NCBI RefSeq assembly: GCF_000143415.4
Contig: NW_003314266.1
Coordinates: 642,463-706,462, forward strand
Length of the DNA stretch: 64,000 bases
Source: Selaginella moellendorffii
Lineage: Eukaryota; Plantae; Lycopodiophyta
Reading direction: 5' to 3'
Below are positions 1 through 11,718 of the stretch, in pieces. Within the stretch, counting starts at the first letter, position 1, and every line of letters starts with the position of its first letter. The notes under the pieces are model-generated. The model had not been told where the DNA came from and ran no database searches. It saw only the letters and a list, made by a program, of their open reading frames with translations. A program made the position numbers and the translations under genes.

Positions 1-222
1 GTAATACGAAAAGAGTTTACCTTAACATGTATTCTATATTAAATGCTGATAATTTGGATCTTTATTTGTTCTCTCTTGGATGTTGTCCAGGTTTTGTGAG
101 AAGCGACAAAAAGAAAACACATGGGGAGCGAGCGAGTTTTCCACTAATACACAGACGGCTAGCCTGTCAGTGCAGCTCACGCCCATGACAAGGAAGGTAA
201 ACTGTGTTGGCCAAACCATTCC

Positions 223-1580
223 TCAAAATAAAAGCACATAAGAGGAGAAGTTTTCTGGCTCCAGCTCCATGAGCTTCTCCACAGCCATTCTCCCACGCCT
301 CACATCGTCGTGCATTTTGGATGCGCCCAACATGATGGTCCATGGAATAGGATTCACAGTCGATGACGAACAAACCAGAAAACCTGTAGTTTCTTCGACC
401 ATACTCAAGAGGCCGCATTTTCCCGATCCACCACGCAAAACGTGTTTGCCAGTCCGAACGATGCCAAAGTCCTGCGTTGCATATGTGTAGCAGTTCCAAG
501 AATCCTGAAGCCTTCCATCGACGCTGCAAGCCGAGAGGATTGCGAGAAGCGTCACACTGTCCGGAGAGAAACCATTCAAAACCATCGCACGAAACGTTTC
601 TCTGGCCATACAACCGTGACCCCGGTGAGAATATCCGGATATCAGAGAGTTCCATGACACGGAATCTCTCTCGTCCATGGACTGGAAGATATTATCAGTC
701 ATCTCTACAAATCCAGCGCTAGCATACGCACCCAAGATTGCGTTCCAAGAGATTACATTGCGATGTGGCATCCGGTCAAACATAAATCTTGCATAATCCA
801 AATGCCCATTTGAGGAAAATGCTGCGACTATTGTATTCCACGATAAAACACACTGTTGCGGCGTTAAATCGAATATTTTCTTTGCGTCAACTAATCTTCC
901 AAGATGTGCGTAAGCAGCAGTAATGGTGCTCCACGACACCAAATCTCTCTGCGGCATCCTGTCGAAGAGAAAGCTCACAACTGGAGCTCCCGCTCATGGG
1001 AGTAGGCCGTAATCATCGTGTTCCAGGCGATTACGTCTCTCTCGGGCGCGATCTCAAAGAAGCTGCGAGCGAGGCCCAACTCGCCGTCGTGGACGAGCGA
1101 TCCGAGCATGGCGTTCCACGGAACGACACTCCACTGCGGCATTCTCTCGAAGAACAATTGCGCGAGGCGGGAATCGCCCTCCTTTCGGGCATAAGCGCTC
1201 ACCATCGTCGTCCACGACACGACGTTCCTGCGATCCATTGCCTCGAACAGCGCCCTGGCCTGCCGGATGTCGCCGTTTTCCACTCTGCCATGGATCATCA
1301 AATTCCACGAGAAGACGTTCTTTGCGTGGATCTCGTCAAAAGCTTCCCGGGATTCCTGCAAATGCCCACACTGGGCATACATTTGGACGAGATGGTTCGC
1401 GAGGTACGTGTTGGTGGTGGATGGATCGCCTTGTGAGTCGAGGAGCTCACGGTGAATCCTCCTCCCCTTTCTCACGTCTCTTCCGATGCCACACTGCCTC
1501 AATCTCGATGCGTAGCTCTCCACGATGGAGTGCTTGGAAGTGGCAGTGGACTTGAGGCATTGCTTGAGCACTCTCTTCAT
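223..1580 (-). pseudogene. PLS-class PPR gene with E1/partial E2 domain, copy 1, split by a 1-bp frameshift near 977
   Basis: Repeated (V/I)SWN/WT motifs, VQMYAQCG, C-terminal LEPENFSSYVLLF. ORFs 975-1592 and 223-978 join into the 458-aa ORF of copy 3 (gaaagctcacaactgg vs gaaagctcgcgaactgg). Confidence 0.88.
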
Positions 1581-1718
1581 CCATGGACGCAAATACGAAA
1601 ATAGGTTCTAACCACTATTTTCCTCTATGAATCAAAGTTGACGAAAGTCAACGGAATGTGAAAATCAAGTCTATGACCAAATTGAAATCGCCCTGGCATA
1701 TCTCGTTCCGTGATGATT

Positions 1719-2909
1719 CTACAAAGTTTTGGCCAGCCGCTGCATAGCTCGAAAGTGAAGCGACGTCGATGGCATGACAAGGGGCCAGTCCTTCTCCGGA
1801 ATACCCTCAATGTCGTTACCCCAAGCTGCAAGTGTCCTATACTGCAGGAGGTCATACTCGATGAGACTGTTCACCTTGCCCACGGAAAGCTTGTTGCAGA
1901 GCGTCATGTAGGGCGTAATACCGTCCTTGTGTTTCACCAAGGTGGACACTACGGCCTTCCAATCGTCCTTGGTCCAGCACGGCTTGCTAGGCTTGTTGGC
2001 AGGGACGGCCTCTGGAAAGCAAGCAAGCCGGACCTTCAAACAGCAGCTTGACAGAAGCGAGGCCTTCACAGCGTCCCATGACTCAATGCTCCCAGCAGCT
2101 CTGGCTAGTAAGCCCATCCGTCCACCCATATGGCTGTATATGTCCTTCCACAACTCGTCGGACACTCCATCAGAACCCGTCGGTAGGAGCGTCTCAAAGA
2201 ACTGGCGAGCTTCCGCTTCATTCAAATCGCCTACGTTTAAAGTGTCCGCTCGGAGGCTGCCTATGTAGCCCGCAAGCCAAGTCCCAAAGAAGTTCTCCGA
2301 GGATGCCAGCACCACATTCATGATGTGCTCCTGCTTCGTCACCATCACAAAGAAAGCGAGCAGCTGGTCGAGCTCTTTCTTGGTCCCTGGATCTGTGGTC
2401 CAAGTGCACAACCAGTTGGCCTCATCCAGAACGATCGTCGGATAGACCTTAGCATACTCCCCGCCACCTTTCAGAACCAGGCTATCACAAGAGACACCGT
2501 AGGACTTGATAGCTGCAAGGACTGTGTCCATGTCGTCTGCCTTGTCCATCTGGTCCTTAACAACACTCCAGCTGTCCACCTGAGAGGCCCTGACGGAAGG
2601 TAAAAAGCTGGACTTGAACATTCGGGCAACGCCCCTCGGAGAAATCGAGCCGCGCATGTCAGCGAAGGAGGACACTCCGGGATACTCACCCTCACCTTGC
2701 CTCCGCAGGAATTCCCTCAGAAGGGCACTCTTCCCCGAATCCTTCGGTCCACTCACCACAACTAAGTTGCCTCCCGAAACCGAGTCACCTACAGCGGCCA
2801 CAAGGCGCCCATTCAGCGCCGCGAGCTCGTTTTCCCTGGCGAAAACTGTCCGCCCCTGATTGAAGTTCGCCACGCTCGAGGAGAAGCGCCTCAGCATCTT
2901 CGAAGCCAT
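1719..2909 (-). CDS. Intronless P-loop NTPase (archaeal ATPase/ATPase_2-like) with probable mitochondrial presequence, copy 1
   Basis: ORF of ~396 aa from the first ATG (MASKMLRRFSSS). FARENELAAL start motif, Walker A GPKDSGKS, Walker B IVLDEAN, then TKQE..NVVLASS, VGDL..EA..FF and GGRM motifs. Confidence 0.85.
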   Translation of the reverse strand: MASKMLRRFSSSVANFNQGRTVFARENELAALNGRLVAAVGDSVSGGNLVVVSGPKDSGKSALLREFLRRQGEGEYPGVSSFADMRGSISPRGVARMFKSSFLPSVRASQVDSWSVVKDQMDKADDMDTVLAAIKSYGVSCDSLVLKGGGEYAKVYPTIVLDEANWLCTWTTDPGTKKELDQLLAFFVMVTKQEHIMNVVLASSENFFGTWLAGYIGSLRADTLNVGDLNEAEARQFFETLLPTGSDGVSDELWKDIYSHMGGRMGLLARAAGSIESWDAVKASLLSSCCLKVRLACFPEAVPANKPSKPCWTKDDWKAVVSTLVKHKDGITPYMTLCNKLSVGKVNSLIEYDLLQYRTLAAWGNDIEGIPEKDWPLVMPSTSLHFRAMQRLAKTL

Positions 2910-2989
2910 AGCTATACACTGCAAGGGTTTAGTAGGCGTGGAGCCTCGTGCATAAATATAGCTATTTACACTGCAAGGGCTTCCCTTTT

Positions 2990-4175
2990 AGTAGGCGTCT
3001 TTCTTCCACGCCTCGCATCGTCGTGCACCGTCCATGGAATAGGATTCACCGACGACGAAGAAACATCTATAGTCTCTTCGACCATACCCAAGAGCGCACA
3101 TTTTCCCATGAGTATTTGCCAGTCCGAACGACGCTCTATACTTCGATGTTCCTCGCAGATCACGAAGAACAAACTTGGCGAAGAAACCGGCGGCTGGGTC
3201 GGCGACCAAAGTTCTCCGTTGCATATGCGTAACAGTTCCACGAGTCTTGAAGCCTTCCATCGAGGGTGCAAGCCGAGGGGATTATGAGACTGTCCGGAAT
3301 TCAAAACCATCGCACGAAACGTCTCCCTGGTATCAGAGAGTTCGACGACACGGATTCTCTCTAGTCCATGGACTGGAAGATGTTCTCCGCAACATCAACG
3401 CTAGCAAAGGCATCGAAGATTGCGTTCCGAGAGATTACATTGCGATGTGGCATATGATGAAAAGTAAAGCTTGCATAATCTAGAGTTTAAGGCAAATGCT
3501 GTGACTATTGTGTTCTAGGATAAAACATACTGTTGCGGCGTTGAATCAAAGATTTTCTTGGCGTCAACTAATCTTCCAAGATGTGCGTAAGCCGCAGTAA
3601 TTGACGACACCAAATCTCTCTGTGGCATCCTGTCGAAGAGAAAGCTCGGGATCTAAAGCTCCCGCTCATGGGAGTAGGCCGTAATCATCGTGTTCCAGGC
3701 GATCACGTCTCTCTTGGGCGCGATCTCAAAGAACCTGAGAGCGAGGCCCAACTCGACGTCGTGGACGAGCGATCCGCGCATGGTGTTCCACCACTGCGGC
3801 ATTCTCTCCAAGAACAATCGCGCGCAAGGAGGGAATCGCCCTCCTTTCGGGCATAGCACTCCACGACATGACGTTCCTGCGAGCCGGTTGCCTGGGACAG
3901 TGCCCTGGCCTGCCGGATGTTGCCGTTTTTCACGCTGCCATGGATCATCACATTCCACGAGAAGACGTTCTTGGCGTGGACATACATTTGGACGAGACGG
4001 TTGGCGAGGTACGTGTTGATGGTGGATGGATCGCCTTGCGAGCCGAGGTGGATCCTCCTCCCTCTTATTTTTAAACACACCTAAAATCACGTCTCTCACG
4101 TCACGCATTGCCTCGATCACGATGCGTATCCCTCCACGATGGAGTCTTTGGAAGTGGCAGTGGACTTGAGGCATT
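2990..4175 (-). pseudogene. Degenerate PPR paralog (older duplicate of the adjacent PPR), copy 1
   Basis: Fragments QGDPSTINTYLANRLVQMY, NVFSWNVMIHG, RDVIAWNTMITAYSHEREL and VNPIPWT lie in shifting frames with many deletions. Confidence 0.88.
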
Positions 4176-6612
4176 GGTTTGCCACAGTGTTTCCTCAAAG
4201 GGGTGCAAGGATTTCTCGATAATGTGGAAAAGAAAAGAAAAGCCCAGCCTTGGACAACTCAGATCTTCTTCTAAATCAAGAAAAGTTACATCTGGAAAGT
4301 GAAAGCTCACACGACAATGAAGTTTTTTATTCTTCCTTGCAAGATTCAAAGACAATTCTTTTGAGTTCAAAACTCTTGGAATTTCACGAACACACACAAA
4401 CCAGTTATCATGGATGTGATGATCAAACTTTATGTCATTTCCGATCCAAAGTCAGCATTTATACTAACATAAAAAGTATTTTGCTTAGATAAAAACATCT
4501 TAAATAGAGGAGTAGAGATTGAGTTGGTCTTATAAGTCTATTTTTGAACAAATTTAATTAATATGAATACTTAATTAAAACCAATAATATAAATTTCTCT
4601 TGTGAGTGGATGGAATATGGAAAGGGAATACAAAAAATATGCATATCACTTAGCCCAAAAACCTTAGTTTATATATAGAAATAAGTGGTTTAGATTGAAA
4701 TCAATCCAATGGTTACTAAAATCCCATTATACTAATATTAGTATATGGCATCGTAGCTGTACACTTGGCCCTTATATCATTCCCTCCTCTCGGAATAATA
4801 GAAGATCATTAGGGTTCTTTTATAGATGGGCTGGGATCTAGAAGAACGTTAAGAGGAGGCATTAGCGGATCTATAGGTGGTATTAACTACTCTTGATCCC
4901 TTTGTATGAAGTGTTTTAACTGCTGCACATGCACAATCTCTAGAGGATCGGCCTACTGGACGTCATGCCAAACTTCATAAACTTGTGGTCCAACTTGCCA
5001 CAATACCCGATATAGTCCTTTCTATTGAGCAAGAAGCCCCTTAGATAAACCACGTATCATAAAATGAGGAAAACAGACTAACACCAAGTCATCTACTTTG
5101 TACTCCACAAGTGGATGATGACAGGATTTGTAGCACTGTTATTGTCCCACTTGCATACGGCCTAAGTGTTCGGTAGACTCTTCTCGGACAAGTGGAATAA
5201 TGCTCGTCAAATACTAATCCCACGACCTAGCATTGGCAGCTCATGGCAATTACAAAGGTAAACCCAGCTCTATTGGTAATATTGGATTATGACCATATAG
5301 GAGTTTATATGGTGAAGCACCAATAAAACTCTGCACCCTTGTAACATATGCATACTGAAGAGACAACAAATAACCATCCCAATCCAAATGTTGAAAGTTC
5401 ACATACTTTGCAATCATCCATTTGAACGTCTGAATAAGTCGTTCCACCAGACTGTCTGATTGTGGATGATAAGCACTTGTGAAAGTGTTGCGTATCTCCA
5501 ACCAAAATGTCAAAACATGAAATGCCTTAGTCATAAATATGGGACCATTATCCGAAAAATTCTGCTCTAGACAAGAATGCTGGAACACCACTTGATTGAG
5601 TAGGAAGTATCCAATAGCAATTGTAGAGGCACTAGCAAAAGCATCAACTTCCATCCAACAAGTCAAGTAGTCAGAAGCAATAATAACATACTCATTGCTA
5701 ACAGTCGACCGTGGAAAAGGTCTCATAAGATCAAACGCCACCAACTCAAATGGACGAAAAACTACACTTGACTCCAACCGTCCTTCTGCAGCATGAGGGG
5801 GAGTATTACGAACTTGACACCAAACGTAGCTACACATATACTAGATAATATCATGTCACATCTTTGGCCAATAGAAAGACTTGCGCAACTTCTCAGTTAC
5901 ATGACAATGTCCTATATGCCCACCTAGAATAGGAGAATCATGGTAGGCATGGAGAAACCATGGAATAAAGACAAAAGGCACCACCAGCTGTAAATGATCA
6001 TCAAGATCTGTCCCCACAAAATAAAGAATGCCGTTTTTAAAGTGATATAAATGCCGGAAAGGCAAGTCATCAGCAAGTGATGTAGGATTCTTAAACCCAT
6101 CTCGAAGCCTTCGAATCCACGGCTCAATCTTTTGAGCCTTGTGAACTTCATCAAGAGAAGATAGATCTTGTTTTGCACCTTGTGGACACTGAATGTCAAG
6201 TACAGCAATTGTTGACGCAACAGAATCCTCGTTTAGAAAATCCACAAATGCTGGAACAACAGACTCATTAAAAACATGAGAGGAGATTGGAGAAGAAAGA
6301 GGAGCTCGAGAAAGGGTATCAGCATTAGCCATAGAACTCCTTGGGCGATGAACAACATCAAAATCATATATCTGAAGCTTCAAAGCCCACTAAGCAATAT
6401 GACCAACTAGGTTCTTTCGTTTCAATAATGAAGTAACGGTAGCATGGTCACCTTCAAGTAACGTCTGAGAACTATGTAGATATATATGAAGTTTCTCGAA
6501 ACCCCAGACTATTGCTAAACACTTATTCTCTATTGTGGAGTATTTTACCTCCACTGGTTGTAATATATGGCTTATATATATAATAGGATAGCGCTAACCA
6601 AGCACACTCAAG

Positions 6613-8339
6613 TGTAAGACACAAAATCCCTAGGCCCCAAAGTGGAGCCAAAAGGGTGTCATGTGGTAGTGACCGAAGCAAAAGCCAAACGAGTGTAACA
6701 CGTTTGGACTAAAAGCTCCGACTCGAAAGGTTGAGAGCGGGAGTGGAACTCCCAACAAAGTGCTCGAAGAATGAGCACGAAGCGAGCAATAAGCAAGGCT
6801 CTAAAAAGGGACCCAAAAAGGACCAACACATGACACGTGGAGGAGTCTGAGATGGACCGAGACGGAGTCCGAGATGGAGTCTGAGAAGGAGTCCGAGATG
6901 GAGTCCGAGAAGGAGTTCGAGATGGAGTTCGAGATGGAGTCTGAGATGGAGTCCGAGGTGGAGTCTAAGATGGACCGAAACGGAGCCCAAGATGGAGTTT
7001 GAGATGGACCGAGAAGGAGTCCGAGATGGAGTCCGAAATGGAGTCCGAGATGGACCTGAGATGGAGTCCGAGATGGACCCAAGATGGAGTCCGAGAAGGA
7101 CCCGAGATGGAGTCCGAGGTCGAGACCGAGACCGAGACCGGGACCAGGACCGAGACCAGGACCGAGACTGAGACCGAGATCGGGACCAAGACCGAGACCG
7201 AGACCGAGACCGAGATCGGGACCGAGACCGAGATCGGGACGGAGACCGAGACTGAGGCCAAGGCCGAGACTGAACCCAAGCCCGAGTCCGAGTTCAGGTC
7301 CGAGTCCGAGTCCGAGTTCGAGTTCAAGTCCGAGTTCGAGTCCGAGAGGGTGAAAGCCCAAAGCGTTCGTCTCCCAGACCCTGGGGGGTTTGGTGAGCTC
7401 TAAAAGTATAGTAGGGGGAGGATTGTAGTGGAGCCAGTTTGGCCAGGAAAGGCCAGTTTGGCTAGGAAGGCTATACCCAGTGTTGGGTGATGAGCTACCC
7501 ACTGGGAAGTTCAAGACTAGAGTGAACATGGACCGACAAGTGGGGTAGCTTGGTGAAGTGTTCAAGAGCCAGCTCTAGTTCCCCCGGAAGATCGACTGGC
7601 CGATGCTCCCAGTTCAAGTGTGGGTGGCACTACCTACTTGGATACCAAGTGTGGCTTAACGGAACCTCACTCTAAGCCCACGGCTAGAGCACCTAAAGGC
7701 AGAAGGTGGGGAGAGTACCCATGAAGGCCGTGTAGGGCCACGGTATTCCAAAATATTGTCCCAAAGTCTCAGACTGTGGAAAGGAAGAAGAGTAGCCCTG
7801 TGGTGTGGTGACCAAGGACACAGTCACACAATGAGGAAGTCCTAGAGGACAGTGAGACTTAGTGGTCAGGCTCATGGGCCTTGATCTAGTGGCAGTGTTG
7901 GCGAACATGGCCCAGGACAGAAAGGGACTTGGTGGGGACCAGAAAGGGGATATTGGGGAAGACTATTCCCCATGTCTAGAGGCATCCTAAGGATGTTAAG
8001 GAGTGGATCTAGGATGATCACTCATGGATGGATGGCCCAGCCTTTGAGAGACGAAACTGTGATGTAGGTGGTGTTAGACCACCAATGTGACCAAGGTGAA
8101 TATGCATGGCCTTAGCGTAACGGGCCGATATGACGGTGGTACCTTGGGGTGTCAATCATGGGTTTGGACACGTGAAGCACTTGGACCAAGTGCAAAGGTT
8201 GAGTGGCGGGGATGCCATTCTCGGGGCTAGCAAGCCCAAGTCCGAAATAGGACTTATGAAGGTTGTGAGTGAGACTCCTCCAAGTGGTTGGAGGTGTGGT
8301 TAAGTGATTAAAGTAGAATGGAAAATTTATTCACTTACA
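6613..8339. mobile_element. Nested 1,727-bp solo-LTR-like insertion in the RNase H region, copy 1
   Basis: Termini TGTAAG...CTTACA. Degenerate 5-bp flanks tcaag/ttagg. The RNase H-like reading (GGVLIQ | ..YPIIYISH..YSTIE) continues on either side. Confidence 0.75.
6841..7346. repeat. Hexamer-derived minisatellite: (GGAGTCCGAGAT)n, (GAGACC)n, (GAGTCC/GAGTTC)n
   Basis: Directly visible. It produces the low-complexity ET, RP, SD and LG ORFs in several frames. Confidence 0.95.
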
Positions 8340-10782
8340 TTAGGCTCTTTTGTATCAATACACCTCCAAGACCAATATCAAAAACATCCACGCGCAAAAT
8401 AAAAGGTTAAGTGTAATCAAGATATGCCAAAACTTGAGGAGTCATCAATAGCTCTTTGAGATCCACGAATGCCTGCTCACAATCTAAAGACCAGATGAAA
8501 GATGATGTTGATGACTTCAACAACACTCGCAATGGTGTAGTGCGATAAAAAAGATGGTCCACAAAACGACTGAGATACTACACCTTACCCAAAAAGTGTT
8601 GCACATCATTCACACACTTTGGAGTAGGGAACTTTAAAACAGCCACAAGTTTGTTAGGATTAACTTGCAAACCCTCACGAGAAATACGATACCCAAGATA
8701 AGTTGTGTCCTTGGACCCAAACACGAACTTCGACCACTTCAACTTTAAACCAATGTCCCGTAGCCGATTCAACATTTTACAAACATCATGAACATGCTCC
8801 TCCCATGTCCCCTCCGAGTGGATCAAGACATCATTAATGAAGTCAGCAGTCACCTCCGGCATATCATAAAGAACCTCGTCCATCATCCACTGAAAAGTCG
8901 CTGAAGCATTGTTCAAACCAAACGGCATCACCAAGAACAATAGCAACATCAACCTCCATTGGAACAGGACCATCACCCATAGGAAGTGGAACTGAAAGAT
9001 ATGCAGTAAGAAGTGGAAAAAGCAACATTTCATAACGTTGTGCCAAGTGAAGAGCATTGTCAAGGTTGGTGAGAGTAAGTGCATGCACAAGTCCAACAAA
9101 ATATTGATGAAGTGCTGCCCACAACACTCCTAGCTTGATCCGCTCTAATATATTTAGCTCCACACGAAGCAATATGTTCTGAAAATGAACGCCAAATTGC
9201 ATCACTGACTTAGATGGCCCTTGACGGAGACGATGCAATTGCTAGAAGGCATCAACACAATCGTCGACATGTCCAAATGCACGTTTGAAGATGTCTGGAA
9301 GAACACTCCAATCCCCACGAGTGGCTACACTCAAACCATTGTACCACTGTGGCAATCACCATGAAGTGATCAAACCAATGGTACATGTCATCCCCAGGAT
9401 TCTTGCAAAAGAACTCCAGCCGAATAAGAGGATTGGCACCAAGAGTAGGAGGAGTTATACCACGTGCCGTGAATGCAACTATTAACTAAGTTTGGTTGTT
9501 CAATTGCAAGCACATAGCATCAAGCAATTGTACCAACTGTTACTCTAGAATCAAAGGAGGAGATTGCTGATTTGCTATGAAAATGAAGGAAAAGGAAGAG
9601 CAAAAGAAGAGAAATGACAAAAATCTAGAAGGAAAGGGAGATCTAGACAATGTAAAAAGTTAGATCTAAACCAAAATTTTAAAAGGAAAGAACAAAAGAA
9701 AGGAAATTGAAAAAACTAAATTTAGACAGTGCAAAAGCTATATTTAAACTAAAATCCTAAATCCAAACACTCCTCAGGGACAATGAAAAGTGCCCCTCAC
9801 CTCCACCAATATGAGTGCATAGAATATGGAAAGGGAATATAAAAAATATGCATATCACTTAGTTTATATATAGGAGCAAATGGTTCGAATTGAAACCAAT
9901 CTGACAGCTATTAAAATCCCACTATGCTAATATTAGTATATGGCATCATAGTTGTACACTTGCCCTCACACTCCTAAATTTGTTATTCAAATTTTTAACA
10001 TTATTTTAATCATGTTCAATTGTGATATATATATATAGCTTTTGGTAGTTTTTATACATGTAAATATGTTAAGAACTTTACTTGCAATATCCCAAGGTAC
10101 ATATGCGATTTTTAATTAACATGAATTAATTTGATCTATATTTATTTTTTATTATAGGTTTAAAGGAAAATATTTAATATTCTATAAACATTATTTGTTT
10201 AAATTTAATTTAAGTTTTTATTAGCTAAAGAAACACTAATTATTATATAGATGTGGATATACCTCGGATATTCATAAATATTCTAGAATTTCTACTTATT
10301 TAACTTTGGATTAACATCCTTATTGCTTCAAAATTCTAAGGGTAAACTCTCCATCAATAATTTGAAATATGGTTGTTATCAAGAGACAAATGCAAAAACA
10401 AAATCATAGCTGAACTATTTACTATACATTTTCATTGGGGAGTCTGGTAATGGGAAGAAAAGGCATATCATGGTGTTTACAATCCAAGAACTTTTCAATT
10501 CTTCTCTAGTTTTCTTCATGTAAACTTCTTAAATTGATCAACATATGATACCAAGGTTTAAAATTTAGAAAATTCTTGGCAACAATCCCTTTTATAGAAT
10601 CACCACAAATTTGGAGCTGGTAACATTGTGTTTTCTTTTTGTCACTTCTCACGAAACCTGGACAACATCCAAGAGAGAACAAATAAAGATCCAAATCATC
10701 AGCATTTAATATGAAACACATGCTAAGGTAAACTCTTTTTGTATCACTCATAAAAAGGAAATACAAGTAGATTGCATAGATT

Positions 10783-11718
10783 TCAATACATGGGTTCAAA
10801 AAGGCATGAAAAAGCCTGTTGGATATAATAAAGATCTAACTCGTAGTTCACAAGTGCACCAGCTGGTGGAACTCCCACTGCTCCACCTTCAAGAGGAACA
10901 AGTGTCTTAAAAACCTGTGGAGCTGGGAAGCATAAGGTATAGGATGCAAGTCCTGGACCATTCAAAACAAGGCCACCATATCCAACCCCTGTGAGAATTG
11001 GAGAATTTCTCCAGATTGCATTTGGGCCCAAAGGGCAAATCCCAAATGAAACAAGCTGAATGGGCCTTCCACCCCGTGCTCTAGCTCCAGCTCTGCCCCT
11101 GCCATAGACCAAAGCCAACATAGTGATAGTTCCATTAGCTCTCTTGTTGAACCTTTTGAGACCGATATAGAGCTTGTAGCGAGGATAGTTTGGTCCAAGG
11201 AAGATCACAGCTCACTCATGAAGATTCTTAGGCATCTAGGATGTTGCAATCTCGATGACAATAGCTCTGTAGGTTCTCAAAGCCGTAACATCGAGAAGAA
11301 GAATAAAACTTTGGCCACGGACTAGCATTGTTATATCGAGCTTGTAAAAGTCCCCCCCGAAATCTGGCTTGTAGCTAAGAACTATCGTCACCATGAACAA
11401 TCCACCTACTTGTGCATCAAAAGCAGCTCCCACCTTTAACTGAGCTTGCCCATAGGGGTTATATAGAAGTTCCCTTGCTATGATCTTTCCTCACATGAAA
11501 TCACAGAGGAACTTCCTGTTTCCCAATGCCCACCTGAAACCATTGACGTTAGAAGCATCCAGGTTAGAAGCATTCTTGGTTGCTCACCTGGAGAAAGATT
11601 TGGCATTGGGAGCTGTTCTGATGATCAAGTCGCTTGGGCTGTAGAGCTCTTGATTTTCCTCCTCGCCTGTGAGCAAGGCAAACAAGCTTCTGCTCAACAG
11701 CTCTTGTTGTGCGCTCAT
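10783..11718 (-). pseudogene. Uma2/PD-(D/E)xK restriction-endonuclease-like gene, copy 1, with one 54-bp intron (11587-11534) and three in-frame stops
   Basis: Manual reading from ATG 11718 stays in one frame: ...*GKIIARELLYNPYG...YKLD...RAIVIEIATS*MPKNLHE*AVIFL...LYIGLK...GTITMLALVY...VSFG...TGVGYGG...GVP...ELDLYYIQ. Stops at 11491, 11236 and 11212. Family call is from remembered motif pattern. Confidence 0.62.

Larger units (their letters stand above)
4601..9970 (-). mobile_element. Decayed Ty3/gypsy LTR retrotransposon, copy 1
   Basis: Diverged ~170-bp LTRs at 4601-4776 and 9810-9970 (TG...CA). PBS TGGTGGAGGTG (tRNA-Ala-like) at 9808-9791. PPT AGAGGAGGGAA at ~4780-4790. Order is gag (RQG...PMEVD), RT (MPFGLNNASATFQ, FIND), RNase H, integrase (H-H-C-C region, SDNG, YHPQSD..VER). 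Imperfect flanks ctct/ctcc. Confidence 0.92.

Noticed and set aside
6709-7565. Long low-complexity ORFs (LG, ET, RP, SD repeats) and their copies at 18450-19407; also a possible CRISPR-like array
   Set aside because: By-products of a hexamer minisatellite inside a TE insert. There are no unique spacers.
10430-10700. Coding-like minus-strand fragment GCCPGFVRSD...PWY
   Set aside because: Contains a stop and no recognisable family, so it cannot be supported.
10783-10900. FKBP-like C-terminus (GVPPAGALVNYELDL)
   Set aside because: The rest of the frame lacks FKBP core motifs and fits an REase-like pattern better.
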